A DNA stretch of 64,000 nucleotides from Lama guanicoe. Lineage: Eukaryota. The notes beneath the pieces were generated by a model. The model had not been told where the DNA came from. It ran no database searches and saw only the letters and a list, made by a program, of their open reading frames with translations. Numbering within the stretch: the first letter of the stretch is position 1; every line of letters starts with the position of its first letter. The position numbers and the translations under genes were made by a program. The stretch spans positions 1,490,276 to 1,554,275 of the forward strand of contig MU057344.1 in NCBI GenBank assembly GCA_013239625.1, read 5' to 3'. This document shows positions 26,150 through 37,820 of this stretch, piece after piece.

Positions 26150-26800
26150 CCGAGCACAAACACTGGGAATTATTAAGATGATTTGTTAAATAATAGAAAA
26201 TGTTTTTCATTTCCCAATTTCCAGCTCTTGCTCAAACTGTCCTCCAGCTGCCTGCTTCTCATTCCTTAATATTTAGACTTATGGGCCAATTTGAGGGTAT
26301 TTCCTCTTTCTGCCATGATTAATGCTTCCATGAAACAATGTCATCACAAGTCACCCACCTACCCTGTCAGCCGGGCATCAATCTCACGGGGCTGGGCGGT
26401 AATTTACGACCGGTGCCGGCAATTTGCAAACCTAATGGGGGGGGTGAGGAGGAGCCAGCTCCCAGCTCTGTCTGCAGCCCCGTCAGTGCCCCCCCCATTA
26501 GCAGAACAAATGGGGCAGAGACCAGACATCATCTCCAAGGCTCGATAAATATTTTATCAGCCATAATGGAAATTGTCAAATTGATCTAATTGTACAATAC
26601 GTTATCAGTGGGGTATCAAAGCAGGGCCTGGCCTCTGCCCAGACCCTCCTGCCGCCCGCCCCAGCCGCGGGGCAGCCCCCGAGGGTGCGGGGGGTGTGGG
26701 GGGCTGGATCCCGACACAATGTAAATAATATGCCTGGCCACTGCGGCCCTTTAAGGGGATGATAAATTTTGTGGAGATAAATGGCCTCCTTCTATTGTGC
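26150..26800. promoter_or_regulatory. Putative conserved non-coding element / enhancer
   Basis: AT-rich non-repetitive island in GC-rich DNA, with many TAAT, GATA and SOX motifs. Conservation is inferred, not measured. Confidence 0.55.
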
Positions 26801-29773
26801 TCTGCTGGTCCTGATTTCTGAGAGCCAGAGGAAAACAGGAAGACAGAGGCGGCAGGACTTAGCAGAACTTCCCTGACACGCGGATTCCTTCCCACCCTCT
26901 TAGCTCCTGGGGTGGCCACGGCCCTTGACCAGTGGTCACTGGTCGGCCGAGAGCAAAGTCCCAGCCAGGCCCCAGCCGGCCTGCGACGGAGGCAGTGCCG
27001 CTGCGGAAGGTCCTGGCCTTCCTGGCCCTCAGGAGCCCATGGCCCTTGGGTCCCGCTGGGGCAGGTGCTTCCTTACATTCAGGGTCACGCCGCGCATCCA
27101 CACCACTGAGCCAAAAGCAAACCTTCAGGCTGCAGGAGTGGGGAGCATGCTGTGAGGACGAAGCTTAGGAGAAACCGAAAGCCGACTCGGAGTCCCCCTC
27201 CCCCGGGCCCCCGCCCCTCCCCTCCCCGAGTGCTCAGGGGTCTGGTCCTCCAGGAAGGGGGGGGGGCGGGGCTCAGGCGGGTGGCGGTCAGGCGGCTTTC
27301 ACAGCCGGGCGAGACCTTTTGATTTCTAGAACAAACAGCGATGCCTTAGACCTGGAGCACGTTTACAAAATCGAGTGAAAACGCCTGTGAGCACGCTGAG
27401 GACTAGCCGCCCAGCTGAGCGCGGGGAGCCCTGCCCCGCTCCGGCCGCCGTGCTGCTGCGCTCTCCTGCCCACGTCTCCCCGTGCCCTGCACCGACGCAG
27501 CCTTTGTCTCGCTTTCAGAACTGCATCTGGGTCTCGGGGCATGTTCTCATCAGAGCCGTTGCCAAAACTCGTGTGGCCTTCAGGTGTCAAGGTGGCCGGA
27601 GCACCAGGGCAGTCCACCCACGAGCAGGGGCTGTTTCTGGAGCCCGTGCCCCGAGCCACACCCTCCCCTGAGAGTGGACGCTTACTCTGATGTACGCAGG
27701 ACCAACATGGGGGCCGGGAGGGCTGTGTCATCACCTGCCGGCAGAGCCCCGGCCCAGGACTGCGCGCAGTGGAGACGCCCCGGCAGCCAGGCCCTCTCCG
27801 CCGGCGAGGGCGAACCTGGGGTGCGGTGCCAGCGTGGCCGGCTGGCCCCACCGCGTAACAGCCCCCGGCCAGCTCATGGCCTTCCCCGGCGGCACCCTGA
27901 TCCGTCGGTAGCAGCCTTTCCATCGGGGAACCCTAAACACCCCCCAGATGCAGTCTCCGGCTGTGTTTCTCATTAGGCCGCTTGGGGGCTGGTGAACACG
28001 GGCGCACACGCGCACACGGAAGCCTGCACTCTGTCTTTTCGGTCGCCCGTCATTTTAAATAAAAGTAAAAAGACAGCGTGTGTCGGCATAGCGGGGCCTC
28101 GCAAGGCCATGTGGCTGGGTTGAGGCCTTTCGGGATGGGTCAGAGTCGGCCCCTGTGGCCCCGGTGGTCTCGTTTCGGGGGTGTCCGGGCAAGGCGCCCG
28201 GTGAGTGCTGGCCCTCGGGGCAGAGGGGACGTGGGTCTGGGCTCGGGGCCGGGCGCCTTGCTGCCCGCCGGCCGGGGCCCACGGCCGCCTCCTCCCGGGC
28301 TGTGTGAGCCGCCCTTCTCCTCTGTCTCTCTCTCCCTGTCTTCCCATAGAAGAAAGGACAACAGTGTTCGAAACTATTTTTGATTCTTCTTCTTGAACAG
28401 CCAGGTTCAGGGCGAGGGCCGTGCCTCCTGCCTCTGAAACCAGCATGAGGTGCAGCGTCTGCAGCTCGGAGGGGAAAGGGGCTCCGACTGATCTGTGTCC
28501 CTGGAGCCCCGGCCCAGGGTGCTCACGGCAAACACCCAGCCAGTCTGTTTGGGGGGGAGGGGCGCGGCTGCCCCCCCGGCACACCAGGACCCCTCCCACG
28601 GCTCTGCGGCCTCTGCCCAGCACCATCTGGGCCAGGGGTCCTTCCTGCCGCCTGCGCCCCGTCGCTGTCAAGGAGACACCCCAGGGCACTGGCCGCTGGT
28701 CCCAGCTTCACGTGACCAGCAGGCAAGGCCACCACTGCCCACAGAGGAAGGGGCCCCAGGATATGGGCGGCCGGGTCCCCAGGAGAGAGTGTGTGCAAAG
28801 GGCACTTTCTTTTCCCAAATTTCGTGAGTTCCAGGATGCCTTGGGGACAGAAGTTCAAGGAGAATGTTCTGAGTCACCTGGGTCAGGTGTCCGTTCTGCC
28901 CTCCACCCACCAGGTGAAGGCAGAGAGAGGAGCCTGCTGCCCCCCCAGGGAACCCCAGGAGTCCTCTCCTCTGGGTCTCATCTCACAAAAGGAGACCCGT
29001 TTCCCCTTGTTCAGGGGGAAACCTAGAGGCCTGTGCATCAGAGACACCTGTGGAGCTGACCCCCGGGACCCCATACCGTCCGGCCCAGCCTGGCCCTCCT
29101 GGGAGCTCCTCCCCGGGTCCCCCCTCCCCTCCGAGGTCACCCTTATGTGGCCACTTTCAGGCCTGCCTTCCTCTGGGGGCAGAGCCAAGCAATTCCTCGG
29201 CAAAGAGCAATGCTCGCCGCCCTTCCCCACACAGGTGTTGCTGGATGTGTACGCGTGGTCAGGGCGGAGGCCAGAGGGGGCTTCGGCCCTGCGCCCCGGC
29301 ACGTCCCATCCCTCCTTACCTCCCACCTCCACCCCTCCGGAAAATTAGACCTAATCTGCAAGCAGGGAGCAGGGCCTTCCGCTGAGCAGACCAGGAACTC
29401 AGCCCTTGAGGGCGTGGGTCTCAGCCACACGTCGAGGTCACCCCAGCCACGTAGGGCTTCTTACCTCATTAGGAAAGAGTGGTCTGTCTGGCCGGGGTCC
29501 AGTTAATGATCAGATTTGTCTGAGCGAGGCCTGGCTTCCTACCGCCCAGCACGTGGTAGCACTGTCGCCCTGAGTTCAGGCTGCTGTCCACAGGGACCCC
29601 GGGCCGCCCCCTGGTTCCGGGAGGAGGTGACCACCACCTCGGGGGACTCCCACGGCCTTCCCGCTGGGGCTGGGCATCCTGAGCCCTCTGAGCACAGGGG
29701 CAGGGCGTGGACACAGGCTTCCGTGTGACAGAAGGTCTTGTTGGTGGGGAAGGCATTAAGGCCCCGCACCCCT

Positions 29774-29774
<1 letters not shown>

Positions 29775-29805
<31 letters not shown>
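29775..29805. repeat. (AC)15 microsatellite
   Basis: Perfect AC run. Confidence 0.97.
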
Positions 29806-29807
<2 letters not shown>

Positions 29808-30024
29808 GCGTCAGGACTCCTCCTTTGCCGCAGCACAGCCTTGGCTCCTGCGCTCTCAGGGCATCCTGCCCGTGCGGTCCCACCCCACCCTCACCCTCCT
29901 TCCGCCTCCTGCAGGAACTGGGGTTCCACTGGCCGGTGAGAGAGCACCGACCTCCCACTGAGAGAGGGTCCCCCACTGGTAACGCCTCGCTTTTGGGGAA
30001 AGGCGGACACTGGGGGAAGTCACA

Positions 30025-30338
30025 CGGTCGGCCCACTGCGCCCTCAAGCTCTGCGTCCAATGATTCAGCCAGTCAAGGATGGAAAATACTTGGGGAAGAA
30101 AATCCCAGAAAGTTTCCAAAGGCAAAACTTGAATTTGCCGCCCTTGGGCACCTCTTTATACGGCATTTACATTGTGTTCGGGGTTATAAGCAACGTCGAA
30201 GCGACTAAAGGTGGTTGGGAGGACATGTGTAGGTTAGGTGCAAATGCCGCACTGTCATAAGGGACTTGAGCGCCCGAGGATTCTGGTATCTGCGGGGGTC
30301 CCGGAACCAGTCCCTGGGGGATGCTGAGGGAAGACGTG
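30025..30338 (+). mobile_element. TcMar-Tigger non-autonomous DNA transposon (MER2/Tigger3-like), near full length
   Basis: ccagaaagtttccaaaggcaaaacttgaatttgccgc...gcatttacattgt...ataagggacttgagc...ggtatctgcgggggtcccggaacca; decayed TIRs cggtcggccc and gagggaagacgtg. Confidence 0.85.
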
Positions 30339-31615
30339 AATCATTCAAGAATCCTACTGGAAGCGATTTATAAAAATGCTGTGCTTTAAAACTAGTGTGA
30401 AGTCTGCGATCAAGGATGGCACGTGTGTGGGAGCGTGGAGGTGTATACGTGTGTATGTGCGTGTGTGTGTGTGGCGTGTTCAAGTCTATGCAGGGGCGTG
30501 AGACTGCACGGTCACGCTGGATGATTTTGGACCCGGAGAAGGAAAGGGACCCCCATGCCAGGTCCACCTGGTCCTGCCCCTGTCTCTGCTGTCCCTTCTC
30601 CAGCAATCAGACTCCGGCAGACTGGGAAATACACAGGAGACCCGGGGCCACCAAGCAGGAGGCTTTGTGACACCGCCTGGCACCGCAGTGCCGTCCACGC
30701 GCGGCTTGAGAGGCGAGGCTCCCTGTGTGTCCCTCCCTCCCTGGTTGTTGCAGTCCTCCTGTCTTCTGCTCTTTGGGCAGTCGGTCACCCTGGCCCTGCT
30801 GCGTCTCGGTGAAGGATGAGAACTCGGGGAGCCCCAGGTGCATCTGACTTCTGCACTGCAGCGTTGCTCCCCAGCGAGGGCTGGGCATGGGGCTGAGTCC
30901 CAGGTCACTGGTGGTCAATTGTCATTCTGGGGGGTCCGGGCAGGCCACTGCCTTGGCTTCCTCCCGTAAGCCTGGGGCTTGGACCAGGAGCAGAAGCCGG
31001 GGTTCAAGTTCCCCACAGCGGTGGGGGGGCTGACCTGCTCCGGCTGGACTGGGCAGGGTGTTACTGTTCATGCGTCGGGTCTCTTGTTTCATTTCATGAG
31101 GTTCCTCTGAGCCTGGGTCAGGCTCTGTTGAAAGGCCCCTGCCGCCCCGAGATGTTCTGGTTCTGGGCGGACCTGACCCTGTTCTGGAAGCCCCTTCTGC
31201 TCAACTTCTGTGCCGCCATCGGAGAGACCCAGATGCGTGCCATTAGTTCCAGCCTCCGAGGGGCCGTCTCCGCCCTGGGCCCTTGTCCCTCGCCGCCACT
31301 CCTGCTCTGCCCGTCCTCACGTAGGCCCCAGCATAGCGCCTGCAGCTCATGTGCCTGCGGGGTAGTGGGGGCAGTGTTGGGGCATCAGCACAGCTTTACA
31401 GAGGGGGCCCCCCCGGAAAATGAATGGCTGCTGGGGTGACATCATGCCCCTGGGAGCAGGCCAGATGCCCGGATGAAGTCCCCGTGGGGCCTTACTCTGG
31501 GGGTTCCCTCACCAGGCCACTCTGTAAACCCAGGGCCTGGGGCTGCAGGAGGCCAGCCCTCCAGGTGCGCGCCAGTGGCTCACACGTTGGGAGCTGCCAG
31601 TCCCCCCCACGCAGA

Positions 31616-32613
31616 GCAGGTGGCACCCCCCTCACCCTCCCCCAGAGCAGGTGGCACCCCCTCAGCCCTCCCATAGGGCAGGTGGCACCCCCTCACCCTC
31701 CCCCAGAGCAGGTGGCACCCCCTCAGCCCTCCCATAGGGCAGGTGGCACCCCCTCACCCTCCCCCAGAGCAGGTGGCACCCCCTCAGCCCTCCCATAGGG
31801 CAGGTGGCACCCCCTCACCCTCCCCCAGAGCAGGTGGCACCCCCTCAGCCCTCCCATAGGGCAGGTGGCACCCCCTCACCCTCCCCCAGAGCAGGTGGCA
31901 CCCCCTCAGCCCTCCCATAGGGCAGGTGGCACCCCCTCACCCTCCCCCAGAGCAGGTGGCACCCCCTCAGCCCTCCCATAGGGCAGGTGGCACCCCCTCA
32001 CCCTCCCCCAGAGCAGGTGGCACCCCCTCAGCCCTCCCATAGGGCAGGTGGCACCCCCTCACCCTCCCCCAGAGCAGGTGGCACCCCCTCAGCCCTCCCA
32101 TAGGGCAGGTGGCACCCCCTCACCCTCCCCCAGAGCAGGTGGCACCCCCTCAGCCCTCCCATAGGGCAGGTGGCACCCCCTCACCCTCCCCCAGAGCAGG
32201 TGGCACCCCCTCAGCCCTCCCATAGGGCAGGTGGCACCCCCTCACCCTCCCCCAGAGCAGGTGGCACCCCCTCAGCCCTCCCATAGGGCAGGTGGCACCC
32301 CCTCACCCTCCCCCAGAGCAGGTGGCACCCCCTCAGCCCTCCCATAGGGCAGGTGGCACCCCCTCACCCTCCCCCAGAGCAGGTGGCACCCCCTCAGCCC
32401 TCCCATAGGGCAGGTGGCACCCCCTCACCCTCCCCCAGAGCAGGTGGCACCCCCTCAGCCCTCCCATAGGGCAGGTGGCACCCCCTCACCCTCCCCCAGA
32501 GCAGGTGGCACCCCCTCAGCCCTCCCATAGGGCAGGTGGCACCCCCTCACCCTCCCCCAGAGCAGGTGGCAACCCCTCCTCCCTCCCCCAGGGCAGGTGG
32601 CGCCCCTCCCCCC
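31616..32613. repeat. Minisatellite, 61-bp dimeric unit (30-bp A + 31-bp B), about 16 dimers / 33 monomers
   Basis: A=GCAGGTGGCACCCCCTCACCCTCCCCCAGA, B=GCAGGTGGCACCCCCTCAGCCCTCCCATAGG. A units at 31616, then 31678 + 61n up to 32532; two degenerate monomers at 32562 and 32593. Confidence 0.98.
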
Positions 32614-35532
32614 GTCCTTGGGCCCCCCCCCACGCCCTCTCTGAGGGGCAGGGCTTTCCCACAGCAGGGGTCCTTGCCCCGGGGAGGAGTGTGCTGGATT
32701 TTGAGTCCAGGAGAGGCCCCCTCGGCCTCTTGTGCGCTGGCTCCTAACTGCACCTGTGGATGTGGGGTCTACAAGCCTCAGGTGGGCCGTGGCCTATCCT
32801 GGCCGAGCCAGCCCCAGAGTTCTGGAAGCCTCTACCTGGCCAGAGAGTCCTCTGCAAAGGGCTCAGTGACCTGCGTTTGCGGGACGTGATGGGTGGTGGA
32901 GGGCAGCCTCCAGGCGTGGTGCCGGGGATGGTGGGCAGGCGCGGGCCTGCACGGCTCTGGGACGAGCCAGCGTCACAATGGGCACCCCACGTCTTGCCAG
33001 CTGACGCCGAGGAGTCTGCAGCCTCCTGACACCCCCTTGTCCTGATTTGCCCTCACCTGTGTCTGGACAGGAGGGTGACTGCATATGGAAGGAGGCCCCA
33101 CATCTGTGGCGTGCCAGCCGTGTGCACCCCAGGCCTCCCAGCGCTCAGGGAGGCAGGGCCTGGTTTGCTAGGGTGGGGGGGGCTGCTGTCTGGGATGTGC
33201 CCTGTGGGGCCAATGTGCCCCGTCTGCATTTTTGTTCTGCTTCCAGTTCTGCTCAGGAGCTGGGGCCGGGCCGGGCCGGACCCGGGGCCTCCATCAGCGA
33301 CGGCAGCGGCGCAGGCGCGCCCCGCGCTCACCCACCTGATGGAGGAAGGCCCGGCCGGCCCTGGCTTTCCCGGCCTGCAGCTCGCCCTGGGTGGACTCTT
33401 CCCTGTCCCTCTGAGCCTCGGCTGGCACAGATTTAAGCCAGTTGACGAAAATGCCTTGGAGGCTTAAAATTCCCTGACAGCTTACGTGCCTCTGGGGTCA
33501 CCGGGAAGGCCAGGCGCTCGGGAGTTTGAAGCGGTGCTTCTGCCGAGGGGAGCTCAGCTGGCGTCTCTCTCTGGTTCCTTGTCTGAAAAGTCGTTCTGGA
33601 GAGTTCGGTGTGTGATGGGCAGTGGGACAACCAGGACCCACGACGGTGGCCATGATGACCACGGGTCAGCTAGAGCATTCAGCTCACCTGCGAGTGTCCC
33701 AAGCCGCCCCCTCAGGTTTCCAGAAGCGGCCGAGGCAGCTTGGAGGGGTAGAATCAGGCAGCAGCCTCGTTCCCACTGGAGCAGGAAGGTTTGTTTGTGG
33801 TCAGGGCTGCCGAGGGCCATGACTTTGAATGACCCTGAAAGGGCCAGTCTTCGGGGGAAGGTCACTCTGTCTGGGTGAAAGACGTCACTTGTGAGATGGA
33901 ATTTTCCAGGGGAGTCGGAGGGCATCGTCCACGGGCAGCAGGGCAGGCTCCTGGAAGCGGGAGGCTGAGGGTCTGGGAGCTGCCTGGCTCCCTGGCCTTG
34001 GCCACCTGGGTTTTCTAGACCCTTTCCTCCTGGAAACACCAAGTGCCCGCTCCCCCGGGTCCTGTTGCCAGTGGAAGTGGAGCGCTGGGTGGTTTTAAGA
34101 ATCCTCTGTTTAAGTTTGGTCTGTAAAAGTGAAACTGGAGCCTGCTCGCCGTGACTTTCCATCTCTTCTCTGGCCATACATGGGGGACAGTGGTGGGGGG
34201 TCATACCTGTGCATGATTCTGAGTTTTGTAGCAAGAAGAGGTGACCTCCTAAGGAAGGAACGCCACTCCATTCCCCCAGGTTTGGAGCCACAAAGACAAG
34301 GAGCGAATACTCTTGGTGCTGGACCACTGAGTCTGATCACCTGGGCGACACCGGCAGGTTCTCACCTCTGTGAGCCAAGCGGCCAGTGGGGTGGGTGGTT
34401 TTCTGGGGCTGAGGCCAGACCTCGGTGGCCCCAGTTCCCACTGGTCCCATAGTCTGTGCCCCTCGACCTGCCCTACGTATCAGCGTATCCAGAGAGGAGT
34501 CACCGCAGAGGGGCATGTCCCTGGACACCATCTCGTCAACGCCCCTGCCAGGTGGGCAAGGCAGGGAGTCCTGGGATTGGCCCAGAGCAGAGCTAGGTCG
34601 GAGCTCTTGTCCCTCTCAGCGCCGGCTCCTCCCCGCCCAGCATCCGACACTCCTGTCCAGCGGGACTCATCCTGCACTGGTGCCCAGAGGGGCCTTGGCT
34701 TGAAGACCAGCTGGTCACAGGGATCCATGGACGCTCACTCACTGCTCTGCTTTCCTGAGACATCAGCGCCCACAACGTCGCCAAGCCCGTCTCCTTCCCT
34801 GCTGGCCCAGCGCTGTCTGGGAAGCCAGGGCATAAGGGACTATTGCTCAGTCAGTGGGGATCCAGACGGCCAGGACAGCACACGCAGCCCTCCCCAGACC
34901 TGAGGAACCCAGCCCCCAGCTGCACGGCCAAAGCCTGCAACCCCAAGCATCCGTCAGCTATGGGAGGGGCTCTGGGGAGCCAGGGACCTCCCAGAGCTTA
35001 TTTCCACGTCTCACCTGGACACTGGCTGGGGAGGCATTCACTCCCCAGCCTGCCGTGAGCACCCTGTCTCGAGCTCGTGCGTGCTCCGGGGCGTCTGGGC
35101 ACCCCCTCCTGACTTGAACTCCAAACAAATGGCGTAACAAGACTTTGGAGGAAGCCAGTTCACAGGCATGATGTTTCAGCTGAAGCGGAACCTTGCCCTT
35201 TAACCCCAGGGAGTGGGGGATGTGGGAGAGGCTGCCCTCCCCCCCAGGGGGCGGAGCTGGGACTGTGTGGGAATTGACCCTTGACCTCCTCGTCGCAGCA
35301 TCATCACCAGAGCCTCAGGCCCTTGTGCTGTCCTCCAGCCGTGCAGCTGCCTTTGTCTCTGAACACAGCAAACGGGGCCACAGTGTGTGTCCCTTCACTG
35401 TCCCCCTGTCTGGTCTGGAAAAGAGATGGCCACAATCTGAACCTCCCAGAGTCTGGGCAGAAGGGACCAGAGGAGGGACCTTTCTGTGAGGAGGGGTGAT
35501 TCTGTCTCCCTCATCCAGCTATTTAATTGTCT

Positions 35533-36252
35533 NNNNNNNNNNNNNNNNNNNNNNNNNNNNNNNNNNNNNNNNNNNNNNNNNNNNNNNNNNNNNNNNNNNN
35601 NNNNNNNNNNNNNNNNNNNNNNNNNNNNNNNNNNNNNNNNNNNNNNNNNNNNNNNNNNNNNNNNNNNNNNNNNNNNNNNNNNNNNNNNNNNNNNNNNNNN
35701 NNNNNNNNNNNNNNNNNNNNNNNNNNNNNNNNNNNNNNNNNNNNNNNNNNNNTCGTCCACCCNNNNNNNNNNNNNNNNNNNNNNNNNNNNNNNNNNNNNN
35801 NNNNNNNNNNNNNNNNNNNNNNNNNNNNNNNNNNNNNNNNNNNNNNNNNNNNNNNNNNNNNNNNNNNNNNNNNNNNNNNNNNNNNNNNNNNNNNNNNNNN
35901 NNNNNNNNNNNNNNNNNNNNNNNNNNNNNNNNNNNNNNNNNNNNNNNNNNNNNNNNNNNNNNNNNNNNNNNNNNNNNNNNNNNNNNNNNNNNNNNNNNNN
36001 NNNNNNNNNNNNNNNNNNNNNNNNNNNNNNNNNNNNNNNNNNNNNNNNNNNNNNNNNNNNNNNNNNNNNNNNNNNNNNNNNNNNNNNNNNNNNNNNNNNN
36101 NNNNNNNNNNNNNNNNNNNNNNNNNNNNNNNNNNNNNNNNNNNNNNNNNNNNNNNNNNNNNNNNNNNNNNNNNNNNNNNNNNNNNNNNNNNNNNNNNNNN
36201 NNNNNNNNNNNNNNNNNNNNNNNNNNNNNNNNNNNNNNNNNNNNNNNNNNNN
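35533..36252. other. Assembly gaps (N x220 and N x490) separated by a 10-bp island at 35753-35762
   Basis: N runs visible in the sequence. Confidence 0.99.
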
Positions 36253-37002
36253 AGTGCCTTAACTTGCCAGGCATCATCTCTGCTCTACCTTGTTAATCCT
36301 CTAAACAGGCACTATTCCATCCCCATATCTGAGAAACAGGCCCAGAGGAGCTATGGGACATCTATTCATGCCTTGGAACATGGATTCATGGACCTCTCTG
36401 TCTAGAGTGGGCACTTGCCCTCTGTGCTGCCTTCTGTGGTACTGAGCACACTTACTTATGGTCCATCTTTCCCATGGGGTCTCTGAGAGCAAGGGCCAGT
36501 GGCCTCTAGAATAGTGCTGTGGTGCTGCCCCTCCTAACCCCGCGGGCCGGCCACCTACAGGCAGCTGCAAAGGCACCACCCAGGCAGAAGGGACTCTGCC
36601 CGAGCACCAAGGCCAGCGTCCGGAGGAAGGAGAGCATCGCGGGAAGCCCCGTCCTCCGGCGGATGGGCTTTGCCAGAGGCTCAGCCGGCCCCACTCTGTT
36701 CCCCCACTGCGCTGTCCCTGCTGTCCCCTGCTGAGCCTAGGGCTGGAGGACCGGCACGGGGAGCTGTCTCTCAGGAGAGCCCCATCTCCGGGCTCCCCTG
36801 CTGGGTCTGCCGGGCCCGCCTTCTTTTTCCACCTCCCCTCCCTGCTGCAGCCCTCTGCCTAGCGTGTGCACTTCTAAGTCCACAGGAGAGGCAGGCGCTG
36901 GGTGGGGCAGAGGCTGTGGGTTGGCTGGGGCCCCTGAGGGCCGGGACGGGGCAAGGAGCATGGGCTGGGAGTGGAGGCAGAAGCAGGGTGTGGTCCTGGG
37001 CC

Positions 37003-37157
37003 GTGAGTGTGTGTATCAGTATATGCATGCATGTGTCCACGTATGTGGTACTGAGCAGGTATCCACGTATGTGCAGCCTGTGTCCATGTTTGTGCATGCA
37101 TGTATCCACCGTGCGTGCACACGTGTATCCACGTGGGCACACGTGTATGCATGTGTC
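37003..37157. repeat. Purine-pyrimidine alternating low-complexity repeat (TG/CA/TA with GTATCCAC units)
   Basis: gtgtgtatc...atgcatgcatgtgtccacgtatgtg...gcacacgtgtatgcatgtgt. Confidence 0.75.
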
Positions 37158-37464
37158 AAGGCTACGCTGTCTGTGCTGGGAGCGTGGCCTGAGTTCAGTG
37201 GAACAGACTGCACAACCATCACCCCGTGGGCAGCCAGCTCTCCGGCACAAAAGGCTGTGCTCCCTTGCACAGGGTGGCCGCCAGGCTGGACCGGGCAGGG
37301 CTTACATGGAAACCACCCGTCGCTCACCGCGGAGAAACGTACGCGAGAACCTGCCTCGTGTCTCCTGGAGGCTGGTCCTCGGCGCTGGCAACAGGTTCTC
37401 TCGCTGATGTTTGGTCCCGGAGAGCCCGACTCACCCTCCAGAAGAGGCAGTCCTGTTTGGATCA

Positions 37465-37820
37465 AAAAATAATTAGCAGAGCTTTAAGTGGGGGTTTCAA
37501 GCACACATTTAATTTACGCTGATTAACAGTCATATGCTAAGTAAACACCAGCTGAATATTAAACTGTCAGCATTGAGAAGAGCAGAACGCATAGGGATGG
37601 AGAAAGCTCTGTGAATATACCGTTCCTGCAGCTGGCAATTATATTAATAACATGCAACACTTGTCTTAAAAAATTCAAATTAATACGTGCGTATCTGTGC
37701 GGAGATCCGTACGCGGGCAACTTTTAACGTGTTGCCAGGGTCTTCTTTCCTGAGCTTCGCTGTGAAGAAAGTCTCAGCTTCCGAAGCAATCAGGCTGATG
37801 CACAAACAATAAAGTAAAAC
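37465..37820. promoter_or_regulatory. Putative conserved non-coding element / enhancer
   Basis: AT-rich island: FOX GTAAACA 37541-37547, E-boxes CATATG and CAGCTG, TGTCA, multiple TAAT, AACAAT. Confidence 0.5.

Noticed and set aside
31616-32613. CRISPR-like array (constant 18-bp repeat plus intervening sequence)
   Set aside because: Intervening segments are only two alternating 12-13-bp variants, not unique spacers; no cas genes; mammalian intron.
31616-32613. CTCF site array (AGCAGGTGGCAC resembles the CTCF core)
   Set aside because: Lacks the highly informative 5' CC of CCASYAGRKGGC, so an E-box reading is better supported.
35395-36405. ORFs spanning poly-X
   Set aside because: Artefacts of N gaps; the same applies at 43.5-44.1 kb and 49.0-50.1 kb.
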